The position numbers were made by a program, and so were the translations under genes. The notes below the pieces were generated by a model. The model saw only the letters and a list, made by a program, of their open reading frames with translations, made no database searches and was not told where the DNA came from. Shown here one piece after another: positions 8,647 to 18,349 of a DNA stretch of 38,762 nt (positions are counted from its first letter, which is position 1; each line of letters begins with the position of its first letter). The DNA comes from Candidatus Saccharimonadales bacterium (GTDB lineage Bacteria; Patescibacteriota; Saccharimonadia; Saccharimonadales; UBA4665), in NCBI GenBank assembly GCA_035996265.1, contig DASYJQ010000041.1, forward strand, positions 1 to 38,762, in the 5' to 3' direction.

Positions 8647-9613
8647 AGGCTTTATAGTCCTCGCGGGCGACAGTACTAACGGCGCACTCGCTAAGCAATG
8701 GCACGACACGCTCCAACTGCACGAATCAAACCGTGAAGTACAGCTGGTATATACCGGTAACGATGAAAGGCTTAATTTTCCTGACCTCGAGGAACGCAAC
8801 CGGCAGCGCCTGGCGGTCGCGTTAGAGGTTGGCGGCACCGCCAACAAGCTGGTCATTGTTGGCGGCGGGGATGGCAGCGTCCATTATGCCGTCCGCGCGC
8901 TGCTGCACGACGATATGCCCGGCGAAGCCAAAAACGCCATACTGACGTCATGGGCGCTGGGGTATGCCAACGACTTCTACTTTGATACCCAGGATGGCAA
9001 TATGGTGGGGTACCCCTTAGGGACCCTAGAGCATCCCGGCGCGCATGTATTCGACGCGCACCCGATGCAAATCACCGATGAGGACGGCAACCCGATTGAC
9101 CTTGTCACCATGTACTGGACTGCCGGATCGACGGCCGTTATTGCAGCCATCCTAGGCAGTCAAAAACATCGCGGGCGCAGAAAACGCATACTCGCTCCCG
9201 ACAAAGTTATTGATGCGGTTGGCGGTGTGCAGGGGCTATGGTTGCCTGAACGCTATCAAGTTTCAATCAACGATGGCGAACCGGCGGGCACAGCCGAAAT
9301 ACAGGTTATAAACGGCGGACACATGGCCGTATACTCCCGTTACCCTTCACGATTGTCCCACAGCGGGGAAGTATTCTTGAGCACCGTGGAATCAAACAGC
9401 CCGCTGGCCGTCGGCGTCACTGCTGTGCGCATGATGACCGGCCACGCTAAAGGCGAACTACAAACTGGTCCGATCAGCATCGCCAATAACAGCAAAAAAC
9501 CAATGCCCACCCAGTCCGATGGCGAACAAAGCTCCCTGCAGCCCGGCAGCACGATTATTATCAAACCGAGTGAACGCCGCGTACGCGTCTGGGCCACCAA
9601 AAAAGACGTATAA
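8609..9613 (+). CDS. Diacylglycerol/lipid kinase family protein (divergent)
   Basis: IVGGGDGSV ATP-binding loop, LGYANDF (GTxND equivalent), QSDGE near the C-terminus. Start uncertain (TTG 8588 or ATG 8609). Confidence 0.8.
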   Translation: MAPSEHHPLQDIEGFIVLAGDSTNGALAKQWHDTLQLHESNREVQLVYTGNDERLNFPDLEERNRQRLAVALEVGGTANKLVIVGGGDGSVHYAVRALLHDDMPGEAKNAILTSWALGYANDFYFDTQDGNMVGYPLGTLEHPGAHVFDAHPMQITDEDGNPIDLVTMYWTAGSTAVIAAILGSQKHRGRRKRILAPDKVIDAVGGVQGLWLPERYQVSINDGEPAGTAEIQVINGGHMAVYSRYPSRLSHSGEVFLSTVESNSPLAVGVTAVRMMTGHAKGELQTGPISIANNSKKPMPTQSDGEQSSLQPGSTIIIKPSERRVRVWATKKDV

Positions 9614-9616
9614 CCA

Positions 9617-9643
9617 TTAGCACTCTTGACATAAGAGTGCTAG
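9617..9643. promoter_or_regulatory. CIRCE element (HrcA operator)
   Basis: TTAGCACTC-N9-GAGTGCTAG, one mismatch to the consensus TTAGCACTC-N9-GAGTGCTAA, upstream of a heat-shock gene. Confidence 0.93.
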
Positions 9644-9654
9644 CGTACTACAGT
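9626..9654 (+). promoter_or_regulatory. Sigma70-type promoter of hsp20
   Basis: TTGACA (9626-9631), 17-nt spacer, TACAGT (9649-9654). Confidence 0.75.
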
Positions 9655-9705
9655 AAAAATGGTGGTACATCCACCTTTTAACCTAACAATTAAAAGGAGG
9701 CTTAT

Positions 9706-10152
9706 ATGGCACTTATACGATGGAACGACCCGTTCGCCGGGTTAACCAGTATGCATAGCCAACTCGACGACATGTTTAACAATTTCTTCGGTTCCGGCCA
9801 GCTATCCGGCGGGAATGCCCCGGCCATGGACGTTTATACCGAAAACGACAAAGAATTAGTAGCTGAGGTCCACGCCCCGGGCTTCACTAAAGACGATATT
9901 GAGGTGAACGTCCAAAACGGCGCGTTGGAAATTAAAGGCGAAAAGCACGAAAAGACCGAGGACAAGGATAAAAAGCGTAATTACATGGTCCACGAAAGCC
10001 ACGCCAGTTTTTACCGCAGCATCGCCCTGCCGAAAGCGGCCGGCGACGGCGACGTAAAAGCCGATTTTACAGATGGTGTCCTGAAAGTGCGGGTACCGCT
10101 CAAGGAGTTGCCGGCGCCTAAAAAGATCGCCATCGGCGAAGGCAAAAAGTAG
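9706..10152 (+). CDS. Hsp20/alpha-crystallin small heat-shock protein
   Basis: PAMDVY, APGFTKDDIEV, FYRSIALP, ADFTDGVLKVRVP; strong AAGGAGG RBS; CIRCE upstream. Confidence 0.96.
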   Translation: MALIRWNDPFAGLTSMHSQLDDMFNNFFGSGQLSGGNAPAMDVYTENDKELVAEVHAPGFTKDDIEVNVQNGALEIKGEKHEKTEDKDKKRNYMVHESHASFYRSIALPKAAGDGDVKADFTDGVLKVRVPLKELPAPKKIAIGEGKK

Positions 10153-10166
10153 CCGGTGCACATAAT

Positions 10167-10198
10167 AAAAGCGCTCCGCCTATACGGGGCGCTTTTTT
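10167..10198 (+). terminator. Rho-independent terminator after hsp20
   Basis: AAAAGCGCTCCG-loop-CGGGGCGCTTTTTT hairpin with a T tract. Confidence 0.8.
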
Positions 10199-10216
10199 CG
10201 TTGTACGCTTAAAGGC

Positions 10217-10753
10217 ATGAATAAACCCACTTTGTTCCTGATGCTTGGTTATCCGGGCGCGGGCAAAACCACCGCCTCTAGAATTATCCATAAACTAACG
10301 GGCGCCGAACACTTGTGGGCCGACCGTGAACGCAAAAAAATGTTTACCGACCCAGCGTACACCCACGCCGAAAACCTCGAGCTATACGACCAGTTAAACA
10401 AAGATACCGCCGCGTTATTGGGCGCGGGCAAAAGCGTCATATTTGACACTAACTTCAATTTTTACAAAGACCGGGAAAGGCTTCGCGATATCGGCGGCCA
10501 GCACGGCGCTCACACTGTTGTCGTATGGGTGACCGTGCCGAAAGATATCGCCCGCGAACGCGCCACCAAAGACGCCCATATGCAGGACACCCGCGTACTG
10601 GGCGACATGCCGGTCGAACATTTTGAGCGTATGAGCAGTAATCTGCAGGAACCACGCAACAGCGAAGATTTCATCCATCTGGACGGCACCCGCATCGATA
10701 TGCCCACCGTCGCCCACGCAATCGAGCAACACGCCAAGACACATCAAGCATAA
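10217..10753 (+). CDS. P-loop kinase (AAA_33-like)
   Basis: LMLGYPGAGKTT Walker A, VIFDTNF Walker B, R...R lid. Confidence 0.88.
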   Translation: MNKPTLFLMLGYPGAGKTTASRIIHKLTGAEHLWADRERKKMFTDPAYTHAENLELYDQLNKDTAALLGAGKSVIFDTNFNFYKDRERLRDIGGQHGAHTVVVWVTVPKDIARERATKDAHMQDTRVLGDMPVEHFERMSSNLQEPRNSEDFIHLDGTRIDMPTVAHAIEQHAKTHQA

Positions 10754-10770
10754 GCGCGTATACTAGGCGC

Positions 10771-11343
10771 GTGACCAAACGCGATATTAACCGCTGGATT
10801 AGTTTTGCGACCGCCTTGATCGTACTGGGTATTGCCGCCAGCCAACATTTTGGCTGGCTTAACGGCGTGCAGCAACAGGTGGCCAAAGCCCAGCCGGGGT
10901 TGTATGCCATTGACCACTTCGTTGACGGCGACACGATTGCCGTCAAAATGGACGGTAAGACCGAAACGATCCGCATGATCGGCGTCGATACTCCCGAAAC
11001 CCACAAGCCCAATACGCCGGTGCAATGCTATGGGCCGGCCGCAGCCGCCTATACCAAAAATCTGATCGGCACTGCCAGCGTCCGCTTGGAATCCGACGAA
11101 AAGAGCACCAACCGCGACCGTTACAACCGCTTGCTGCGGTATGTATACCTGCCGGACGGACGGTTACTGGAGGCCGAACTTATCAAAAACGGCTACGCTT
11201 TTGCATACGTTGACTTCCCGTTTACTAAATCTAACGACTTTGTTTCCTACCAAACAGCGGCCAGGACTGCCAACAAAGGATTATGGGCGAATTGCCAGCC
11301 GTACCAGCTCGGTAGCGGACGCTGGCAGACTAACAATCAATAA
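10771..11343 (+). CDS. Thermonuclease (staphylococcal nuclease-like), membrane-anchored or secreted
   Basis: N-terminal TM/signal, VDGDTI, IRMIGVDTPE, DRYNRLLRYV, A...NKGLW. Confidence 0.95.
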   Translation: MTKRDINRWISFATALIVLGIAASQHFGWLNGVQQQVAKAQPGLYAIDHFVDGDTIAVKMDGKTETIRMIGVDTPETHKPNTPVQCYGPAAAAYTKNLIGTASVRLESDEKSTNRDRYNRLLRYVYLPDGRLLEAELIKNGYAFAYVDFPFTKSNDFVSYQTAARTANKGLWANCQPYQLGSGRWQTNNQ

Positions 11344-12075
11344 CTACGCCGTCAGCGGGTAATATGTGCCGGCGGTCGTAACCGATTGCGGCGTCAGGAA
11401 GGGTACCGCTTCGTAATTATCGCCGCTGAGATTAGCCAGCATAATAATGCTGCCCGCTGCCAACCGTATGCCGGCCTCTTGCGCCGCACGTGCCGAACGA
11501 ACAGATAGCGACGGATCTGTTACCCCAACGCCCTCATATATTGTTTGTCCGTAAATGTTGCCGTGGGCTGCCAATATCGTTTCGTTCAACCCGTTTCCGT
11601 AGTCCACGAAACGCTCAACGCAGTCCACGCCGCGCAATCCGTGTTCTTCGGCCTTACCGAATACCTCATATACAAGCCCGGGGATATTAACACCGGCGGC
11701 CCGCCCCTCGTAACGCCGACGGCGGTTATACGCATCGGCATCGCGCGCTTGGAGCATGTTCTGCAGGCGGAAACCGCCCGAAACAAACATAAGGGCGTGA
11801 TGTACAACTGAACCTCTGAACCGCTCGGCCGCGCGATCGGTGTCCATGGCTACTTCAGGCAGTACGGCCAACACCCCTTGATAACGGGAGTAGTGGCTGC
11901 GCTGCTTGGCGGCCGAAATCCCAGCTTCGGCGAACGGCAAACGCAATTCCTGCCGCGCGGCCGCGTAATCGTCGAGCACCTTATTATGGTCTGTGGCAGA
12001 AGTTTGTGTTTCGGTGCGCAACCACGTAAACAAGACGTCGCTCACCCTATCTTGTATTGACTCCTTGCCGGACAT
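11344..12075 (-). CDS. Hypothetical protein (243 aa)
   Basis: Longest ORF in the gap, abutting the nuclease stop; TATAGT 8 nt before the ATG. Confidence 0.7.
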   Translation of the reverse strand: MSGKESIQDRVSDVLFTWLRTETQTSATDHNKVLDDYAAARQELRLPFAEAGISAAKQRSHYSRYQGVLAVLPEVAMDTDRAAERFRGSVVHHALMFVSGGFRLQNMLQARDADAYNRRRRYEGRAAGVNIPGLVYEVFGKAEEHGLRGVDCVERFVDYGNGLNETILAAHGNIYGQTIYEGVGVTDPSLSVRSARAAQEAGIRLAAGSIIMLANLSGDNYEAVPFLTPQSVTTAGTYYPLTA

Positions 12076-12206
12076 TGAGAATTACTATATACCATCTGTG
12101 ATTGATCTGATAGGCAAGGGGGATGGCCTGTAGTAATAAGTACGCCGTATTTCGTGTTGCAAGTACAGGGAACTATGGATAGAATCCGTGCACCCTTGGA
12201 AGCGCC

Positions 12207-13016
12207 CTAGTCCGGCAGCGGTTGCTTGCCGGCGCGGCGCGCCAGCCATTCGGCTGCAACCAACATATAAGTGGCGCCGTACAACAAAAAAGCGCCAAAG
12301 AACCAACAAACCGGCCAGGTCCATTTGTTATGCAGGCGCAGGGTGCGCGGCCACCACTGCAGATATTCCCACAACTGATCGCGGTCAGCGCGTACTCGGC
12401 GCATGTGGGCATGCGTGATAATGCCCCGGTCGTAGGTTATGCGATAGCCGGCGTCATGCAAATGCATGGTCAAATCAAGGTCTTCGTGGATGTCGTTGCG
12501 CAAATGCACCTGGGCGCGTACCGCCTGCCATTGCTCGCGCGTGAAAGCCATATTAGAACCCCACAACGTAGTATGCCCGATGAGCAGCATGTTCAGGCGG
12601 AAAGCCAGCAGCGCGTAGACCCAACTCACCAAGTGCGGTAAACGAACGTTATAAAAATAGCCGCGGCCGCTCCAAGCGTTGTTCTTGTGCGTTTCGTCGG
12701 CGTAAAAACTTTGGACATACTCCACCCAATTCTCAGGCAAACGGATATCGGCGTCGATGCGGCCGATAATGTCGCCCCGGGCAGCGTCAAATCCGGTGTT
12801 GCGGGCAAATACCCGGCCTTGCTGCGACTCTTTTACAACACGGACAAACGGGTACCGGCGGGCAACGGCAGCCGTACGGTCGGTGGAATTATTATCAACC
12901 ACGATTACCTCAAACACCGGCGATGTCTGGGCCTGGACGGCATCTAAACAAGCGCCGAGATGGCGCTCTTCGTCGTAGGCTGGTATAACTATACTGACGC
13001 GCAAGCGTGACCGCAT
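12207..13016 (-). CDS. Glycosyltransferase family 2
   Basis: VSIVIPAYDEE, VVDNNSTD, ARNTG, RIDAD (DxD), GSNMA, HEDLD. Start set at ATG 13016, with TACACT 7 nt upstream. Confidence 0.93.
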   Translation of the reverse strand: MRSRLRVSIVIPAYDEERHLGACLDAVQAQTSPVFEVIVVDNNSTDRTAAVARRYPFVRVVKESQQGRVFARNTGFDAARGDIIGRIDADIRLPENWVEYVQSFYADETHKNNAWSGRGYFYNVRLPHLVSWVYALLAFRLNMLLIGHTTLWGSNMAFTREQWQAVRAQVHLRNDIHEDLDLTMHLHDAGYRITYDRGIITHAHMRRVRADRDQLWEYLQWWPRTLRLHNKWTWPVCWFFGAFLLYGATYMLVAAEWLARRAGKQPLPD

Positions 13017-13033
13017 TGGTTTAAGTGTACTCC

Positions 13034-14146
13034 ATGAAACATAAGTTAGCAGCATACAAGCCCCACCTGAAGAAAGCCGTCACACATCCGCCAAAACTAC
13101 TGGCGCGGTTCTGGCGGCGCAACTGGCGCACCAAGCTGGTCGTTATTATCTGCGGCTTGTTTTTGGTAACGCTCGGCACGATGTACGGCATCGCCCGGTG
13201 GTATATGTTCAGCGAGCGCAACAAGCCGCTGGAAATGGGCGTCACGTTCGTGCCGGCCTACGCCGAAAGCCTCGGATTAAACCCCCAAGAAACCATGGAC
13301 GCCCTCATTAACGACGTCGGCGTCCGCCGCTTCCGGCTGGTGAGCTACTGGGACCAACTCGAGCCGCAAAAAGGGCAGTACGATTTTAGCTTGTTAGATT
13401 GGCAGATGCAAAAGGCCGAAGCCTCGCATTCCAAAGTGTCACTGTCACTGGGGTTGCGCCAACCGCGCTGGCCGGAATGCCATATGCCGGCATGGGCCGC
13501 CAACGAACCGACGAGCGAATGGCAGCCGCAACTCAACGATTTTATTAGTGCCGTCGTGAACCGTTACAAAAATTCACCCTCCTTGGACAGCTACCAGCTG
13601 GAAAACGAATACTTCCTACAAGCCTTTGGGACGTGTACTAATTACGCCCGTCAGCGGTTGGTTAACGAATTCAGTATTGTCAAAGCGCTCGACCCGCGCC
13701 ACAAGCTCATCGTGGCCCGCAGCCAAAACGCCCTGGGGATATCGCTAGGCGACCCGCGGCCGGACGAGTTAGGGATATCGATCTACAAACGCGTGTGGGA
13801 TGCCGCCTACACCCACCGTTATCTGGAATATCCGTTCCCGGCCTGGTACTACGGCTTTTTGGCCGGTGCCCAAAAAATACTTACCGGCAAAGATATGATT
13901 ATCCATGAATTGCAGGCCGAAGCCTGGGCGCCCAACGGCAAGAATATACCGGACATCAGCTTGGCGGAACAAAACAAATCGTTCAACGCCGCCCGCTTTA
14001 CAGACCGCGTGCAGTTCGGCAAAGCCACCGGCATGAAAGAAATGTACCTGTGGGGCGCCGAATACTGGTACTACCGCAGCACGGTCCTTAATGACCACAG
14101 CCTGATGGACGTTGCCCGTCATACATTCCAACCCGAAGGATCGTAA
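13034..14146 (+). CDS. Membrane-anchored clan GH-A glycoside hydrolase (GH5/GH42-like)
   Basis: N-terminal TM; WDQLEPQKGQYDF, YQLENE (acid/base), IHELQAE (nucleophile). Confidence 0.8.
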   Translation: MKHKLAAYKPHLKKAVTHPPKLLARFWRRNWRTKLVVIICGLFLVTLGTMYGIARWYMFSERNKPLEMGVTFVPAYAESLGLNPQETMDALINDVGVRRFRLVSYWDQLEPQKGQYDFSLLDWQMQKAEASHSKVSLSLGLRQPRWPECHMPAWAANEPTSEWQPQLNDFISAVVNRYKNSPSLDSYQLENEYFLQAFGTCTNYARQRLVNEFSIVKALDPRHKLIVARSQNALGISLGDPRPDELGISIYKRVWDAAYTHRYLEYPFPAWYYGFLAGAQKILTGKDMIIHELQAEAWAPNGKNIPDISLAEQNKSFNAARFTDRVQFGKATGMKEMYLWGAEYWYYRSTVLNDHSLMDVARHTFQPEGS

Positions 14147-14193
14147 TCAAACCTATTGCAATCGTAAGGAGCCGAGCCTACTATTTGGGTACG

Positions 14194-14436
14194 ATGCACG
14201 ATATGGACAACCAAACACGAAGAGAAATACTTGGCGAAGCCCTTATGGACGAACTGATGGTCATCCGTGAGTATCTCGAGTATTTACTGCCGCTCAAGCA
14301 GCGGGTCGACGCTATAGAAAGTAACATCATCGATATTAAAAGCGAGCTGAGCATGATGCGGATGATGCACTGGGAACATCAACAATGGATGAAAAATCAT
14401 GAACGGCATCACGCTCATATCGAAGCTGCACACTGA
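14194..14436 (+). CDS. Small coiled-coil hypothetical protein with a His-rich C-terminus
   Basis: TTGCAA-N17-TACTAT (14156-14184) 9 nt before ATG 14194; heptad-like pattern. Confidence 0.65.
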   Translation: MHDMDNQTRREILGEALMDELMVIREYLEYLLPLKQRVDAIESNIIDIKSELSMMRMMHWEHQQWMKNHERHHAHIEAAH

Positions 14437-14459
14437 AAATAAACGGCTATACTAAAGGC

Positions 14460-15365
14460 ATGGTACGCACCGCTCAAACATTTGGCGTCAGTTTTTCGAT
14501 TAAGCAGTGCCGTAAATTCGGCATTGACCCGCATAAGACACTTGACTGGTTAATTGATGAAGCCGGCTTTAAGCGCTTCCGCCTGATGAGCTACTGGAAC
14601 GAGCACGAAAAACAGCCCGGCAAGTACGACTTTAAGGAATTAGACTGGCAGCTAGACCGCATCACCAAAGCCGGTGGGCAAGTCACCCTGTGCGTGGGCG
14701 CGCGCCAACCGCGCTGGCCGGAGAATCACTGGCCGGAATGGGCCTGGGATGCTCCCAAAGCCGAACGCAGCACCGCGCTGCTGCGCTATATCGAAAAAGT
14801 CGTGACCCGCTACCGGGGCCATCCGGCACTGATCAGTTATCAGCTAGAAAATGAGGCCTTGCTGCGCAGTTTTGGCGAACGCGCCGAAGTCGACATCGAC
14901 CGCCTGATCGATGAATTTGAACTGATTAAGCGCCTCGACCCGGATCACCCATTAATCATGACCACCAGCCACCACTGGGGCATTCCGTGGAACGACCCCA
15001 TGCCGGATATCGTCGGCTTTTCGTATTACCACGTCGTGCATGACCAGGGCAGGTACAAATCGGCGCACCACTACGCCTGGCTGCACCGCGCCCGCCACTA
15101 CCTGATCCGCCTGCTCAAACGCCGGCCGGTATTCATCCACGAGCTGCAGCTCGAACCCTGGGGTCCGCACGATATCTGGGAAATGGCCCCTACCGAACAA
15201 GACCGCTCAATGGGTCCGGCCCAAATCGCCACAAACGTCCGGCTGGCCAAAAAGACGCGGATTCAACCAATCGACTTGTGGGGCGGAGAGTGGTGGTATT
15301 GGCGGCTCACAAAACATAACGACCCCGGTACCTGGGAAGCCGTCAAGCAAGCCATTAACCTATAA
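14460..15365 (+). CDS. Clan GH-A glycoside hydrolase, paralogue of 13034-14146 without the TM anchor
   Basis: Shares FRL.SYW, RQPRWPE.H.P.WA, YQLENE, IHELQ.E and LWG.E.WY with the upstream paralogue. Confidence 0.8.
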   Translation: MVRTAQTFGVSFSIKQCRKFGIDPHKTLDWLIDEAGFKRFRLMSYWNEHEKQPGKYDFKELDWQLDRITKAGGQVTLCVGARQPRWPENHWPEWAWDAPKAERSTALLRYIEKVVTRYRGHPALISYQLENEALLRSFGERAEVDIDRLIDEFELIKRLDPDHPLIMTTSHHWGIPWNDPMPDIVGFSYYHVVHDQGRYKSAHHYAWLHRARHYLIRLLKRRPVFIHELQLEPWGPHDIWEMAPTEQDRSMGPAQIATNVRLAKKTRIQPIDLWGGEWWYWRLTKHNDPGTWEAVKQAINL

Positions 15366-15926
15366 TTTAGGCGTATTAGGGAAGGTTGTGGTCAAATCCT
15401 GCAAAAACCTCAGTTCGCTGGCGGATACATTGAGAGAGCCGACAAACTCATTGGCGTCAGGATGGAATGCACCAAGCGTGGCGTCAAGCGCGCCGCCGCC
15501 AAGGCCGAGAATAGCCGCTTCTTTGTATCGGATCTCTTCGGGCGGGATAAGCCGGTTGCCCGTGTAGCCGGGAATTTCGGCTACAACCACGGCAGCACGT
15601 ACGGCAAAGGCCGCTGCCGGCACGGGACGGCCGCCATGCTCGCGCTCTAACGAAGATAAGGCCCTCATCATGTCAAAGTCTGACGCCTCGAATCGGACAC
15701 CCTTGATAAATGTCGAGCGCCGGACACTGGCATTGGGATCGCCATCAAAATGGTGCCACCCCGGTACGTCGGCTGCATGGGTGCGGGTGGCATGCCACAG
15801 CACGGGGTTGTCGCCGACAAGCCATTGCGCAAATGCCGAATCCGGGTGATCGACACAATAGGCCGACGACCGTTCGATCAAGCCGGCAAATAACCGGTCG
15901 GCAAGTGGTGGTGTACGCTTCGCCAT
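15360..15926 (-). CDS. Hypothetical protein, possible ADP-ribosyltransferase-like fold
   Basis: TATAAT 10 nt before the ATG. The order LWHAT...HGGRPV...VVAEI...IPPEEI loosely recalls KptA/ART-fold proteins; the fold call is tentative. Confidence 0.6.
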   Translation of the reverse strand: MAKRTPPLADRLFAGLIERSSAYCVDHPDSAFAQWLVGDNPVLWHATRTHAADVPGWHHFDGDPNASVRRSTFIKGVRFEASDFDMMRALSSLEREHGGRPVPAAAFAVRAAVVVAEIPGYTGNRLIPPEEIRYKEAAILGLGGGALDATLGAFHPDANEFVGSLNVSASELRFLQDLTTTFPNTPKL

Positions 15927-15961
15927 ATGTTCAATTATTATACAACGATTTCAGTTGCAGG

Positions 15962-18349
15962 CTAGTCCTCCAATACGGCGTGCCGCGACCGATACTGGGT
16001 TCCGGCCGTGTTAACGGCATGACGCGGCTTATACGTTTCAGCCTCGTTATCCTGGGCAGGTCCTAAAATCGTAGCGCGGACTTCGTCAAGCGCCATCCAC
16101 ATACAGTTGAGCATGCGCGTGGAATATTTATCAACGCCGAGCTCAGAGAGTACTCGTCTGTTGGTTGACTGCATAATCCCCGTGATCAAACGAATGGCGG
16201 CATCGATACTTTCTAAGGCTGCTGGGCTACGGTCGCCGACTTGCAGCAACGCTTTGAGCGTCATCCGTGATGGGTCGTGCTCCGGCAGCCGGGCCACCCG
16301 ATTCAAAAGCGCGTCCCGCGCCGGAACGTCAAAGAGTATCAACAGTTGGTCTATAAGCTCTTGTTCGGCAGATTCCGCGCGCTGCGCCTCATGCTGTTCA
16401 GCGAGCTGGGCGGTGTGTTCCGCGGCGCCTTCGACCACTGTCGCTGTTATATCCGGCAGTTCGATAAGCGGCGCTTTGACGATAGAGGGCGGACGTGAAC
16501 CGCCATAGCCCGGCGTCGTATCCAGCATGTACTGCCGGCCGCCGATAAACACAGCTACTTTGGAGTGCGATGGTCCCACAGTGCCCCCGGTCATCCGCAC
16601 GTTATAGGCTGATACTTTTTGGGCGTGGCCGGGCCCGAACGCCGTGTTAATCGACGTTTTAAGCACTTGTGCGAACAAGTCGCACGTCCCATATACCTTG
16701 TTATCTTCTATAAATCTACGCAGCTTGAGTATCTCGCTCTTGCCACTCAGGAGCGTCGACTGTTCAGGGACTTCGTAGACGCCCGCTGCCAGCAGTTTCG
16801 CTTCCAGTTGTTCAACGGTTGCGTCAGGGGTATCTTCAACCCACTTGGCCAATTCGGGCAACCATAAGTCGCGATAGAGCTGCGCTAGCTTAGACCGGCC
16901 AGCTTCGGGCAGGAGCTCGGTACACGATGTGTAGGGGTCTTCTGCAGCCGGTGCGAACCCAAAGGTTACTGAACCGTCGGCGTTACGTGAACGGCTGACT
17001 GTATTAAAACCGCCAATAGCCGGTGTGTCTTTTGTTGATTCATCGAATTGTACAAAGTACAGGGCGTCGGCGTTGTGTTCCGGTAAAGCCTGGCGCGTGG
17101 GCATCATTTGCATCAAACGCGACCCATAATACTCAGACGACGGATCAGCGTAAGACTCACCGATCCGCTGGCTCATAATCCGCTGGTAGTCTTCTTTGCC
17201 TGCCACATATACGTGGAACTCGGCCAGCGATGCGCTGACGTCGCCCACAGTGCGCTCGGGCAACATATTATGCGGTACAACGTCACCGGCAGGTTGGCGC
17301 ATGAAAGCGTAAAACTCAGGGTCCCGGAATACATCAAGCGTACGCAGGCCGGCGTTATTCTCTATGATTTCATCGCGGACCATATAATCCATGACCCGTT
17401 CCGGGCTGTCCCACCCGCCTTTCGCTATAGCGGCGGTAGGACCGATGATCAATTGTTCATAGGTGGGGTAATTATGGTGAATCGCTACGCTCTCTTCACC
17501 TTTCAAAAACAGCACGCATACCAGGCGCGCGACACGGCGTTCCAACGTCCTGGAACGCATTTCAAGCGGGCCGGCAGTACGGTACACTGCATCCATAACC
17601 TCATCATCGTCAAGGACGAGGCTCGCACCGTCAGCAGTAGTAACTTCCAGGCCTCCACGGGTCAATACCGGCGTACCGGCAACCGCAATGCCACGTGCAG
17701 CTAACCCTTCGCGCAGGACGCCGGCATAGTGGTTGCGCGCCCTGGTTATCGCATCTTCGGTACCCAGTGCGCTGCTAGGCTGGCGGGTCGTTTCTTGGGC
17801 TAAGCGCCATAAACCCCTGGTAACTACTTGTCTGGCGGCAAAGTTGGTTTCAAAGGTGTCGGTTACAGTTTCGGGGGCGCCGGTCTTGGGCATCTCGCCC
17901 TTATTCTCCTTGCCGTCATTCTTGGAATCTTTAGACGGGCTGTACGCACCGGCGGCATGGTCCTGCCTGGCTGCTGCCTCAAGCGTACCGGCCCGGGAAG
18001 CAAAGATAGGGTAGGGTAACGGCCCCTCTTGCGGAGCAGAAGGATTGGGGTCGGCAAATGACAGGGCAACCGAGCCATATGGCGTGAGTTGCTGGGCGTC
18101 TACCCACTGTTTAATCGCATCTGGCTCGCTAGTGTACCGGTCTGCCCGCTGTTGAAGCATGGGCAGCAGTCCGGCAGACACAAACAGGCCGATAGCCGCA
18201 AAGAAATTCTTGCGGTCGCCGATCAACGCCGGGTCAAAGACGACGCGAAAACCGCGGCCGTCCGGCTCGCTCACTTTTAGTAAGCCGGGTGGCAGCGGGT
18301 CACCCTGTTTGCCGAACAATTGCCAACGCATAACTTCGGCTGAGGCCAA
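15962..18349 (-). CDS. Large protein with a C-terminal transglutaminase-like (Cys-His-Asp) domain; the true start may be upstream at 18521 across a frameshift
   Basis: GTCDLFAQ...HSKVAV...YMLDTTP matches the transglutaminase-core pattern G.C..FA / H / D.TP. Confidence 0.75.
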   Translation of the reverse strand: MASAEVMRWQLFGKQGDPLPPGLLKVSEPDGRGFRVVFDPALIGDRKNFFAAIGLFVSAGLLPMLQQRADRYTSEPDAIKQWVDAQQLTPYGSVALSFADPNPSAPQEGPLPYPIFASRAGTLEAAARQDHAAGAYSPSKDSKNDGKENKGEMPKTGAPETVTDTFETNFAARQVVTRGLWRLAQETTRQPSSALGTEDAITRARNHYAGVLREGLAARGIAVAGTPVLTRGGLEVTTADGASLVLDDDEVMDAVYRTAGPLEMRSRTLERRVARLVCVLFLKGEESVAIHHNYPTYEQLIIGPTAAIAKGGWDSPERVMDYMVRDEIIENNAGLRTLDVFRDPEFYAFMRQPAGDVVPHNMLPERTVGDVSASLAEFHVYVAGKEDYQRIMSQRIGESYADPSSEYYGSRLMQMMPTRQALPEHNADALYFVQFDESTKDTPAIGGFNTVSRSRNADGSVTFGFAPAAEDPYTSCTELLPEAGRSKLAQLYRDLWLPELAKWVEDTPDATVEQLEAKLLAAGVYEVPEQSTLLSGKSEILKLRRFIEDNKVYGTCDLFAQVLKTSINTAFGPGHAQKVSAYNVRMTGGTVGPSHSKVAVFIGGRQYMLDTTPGYGGSRPPSIVKAPLIELPDITATVVEGAAEHTAQLAEQHEAQRAESAEQELIDQLLILFDVPARDALLNRVARLPEHDPSRMTLKALLQVGDRSPAALESIDAAIRLITGIMQSTNRRVLSELGVDKYSTRMLNCMWMALDEVRATILGPAQDNEAETYKPRHAVNTAGTQYRSRHAVLED

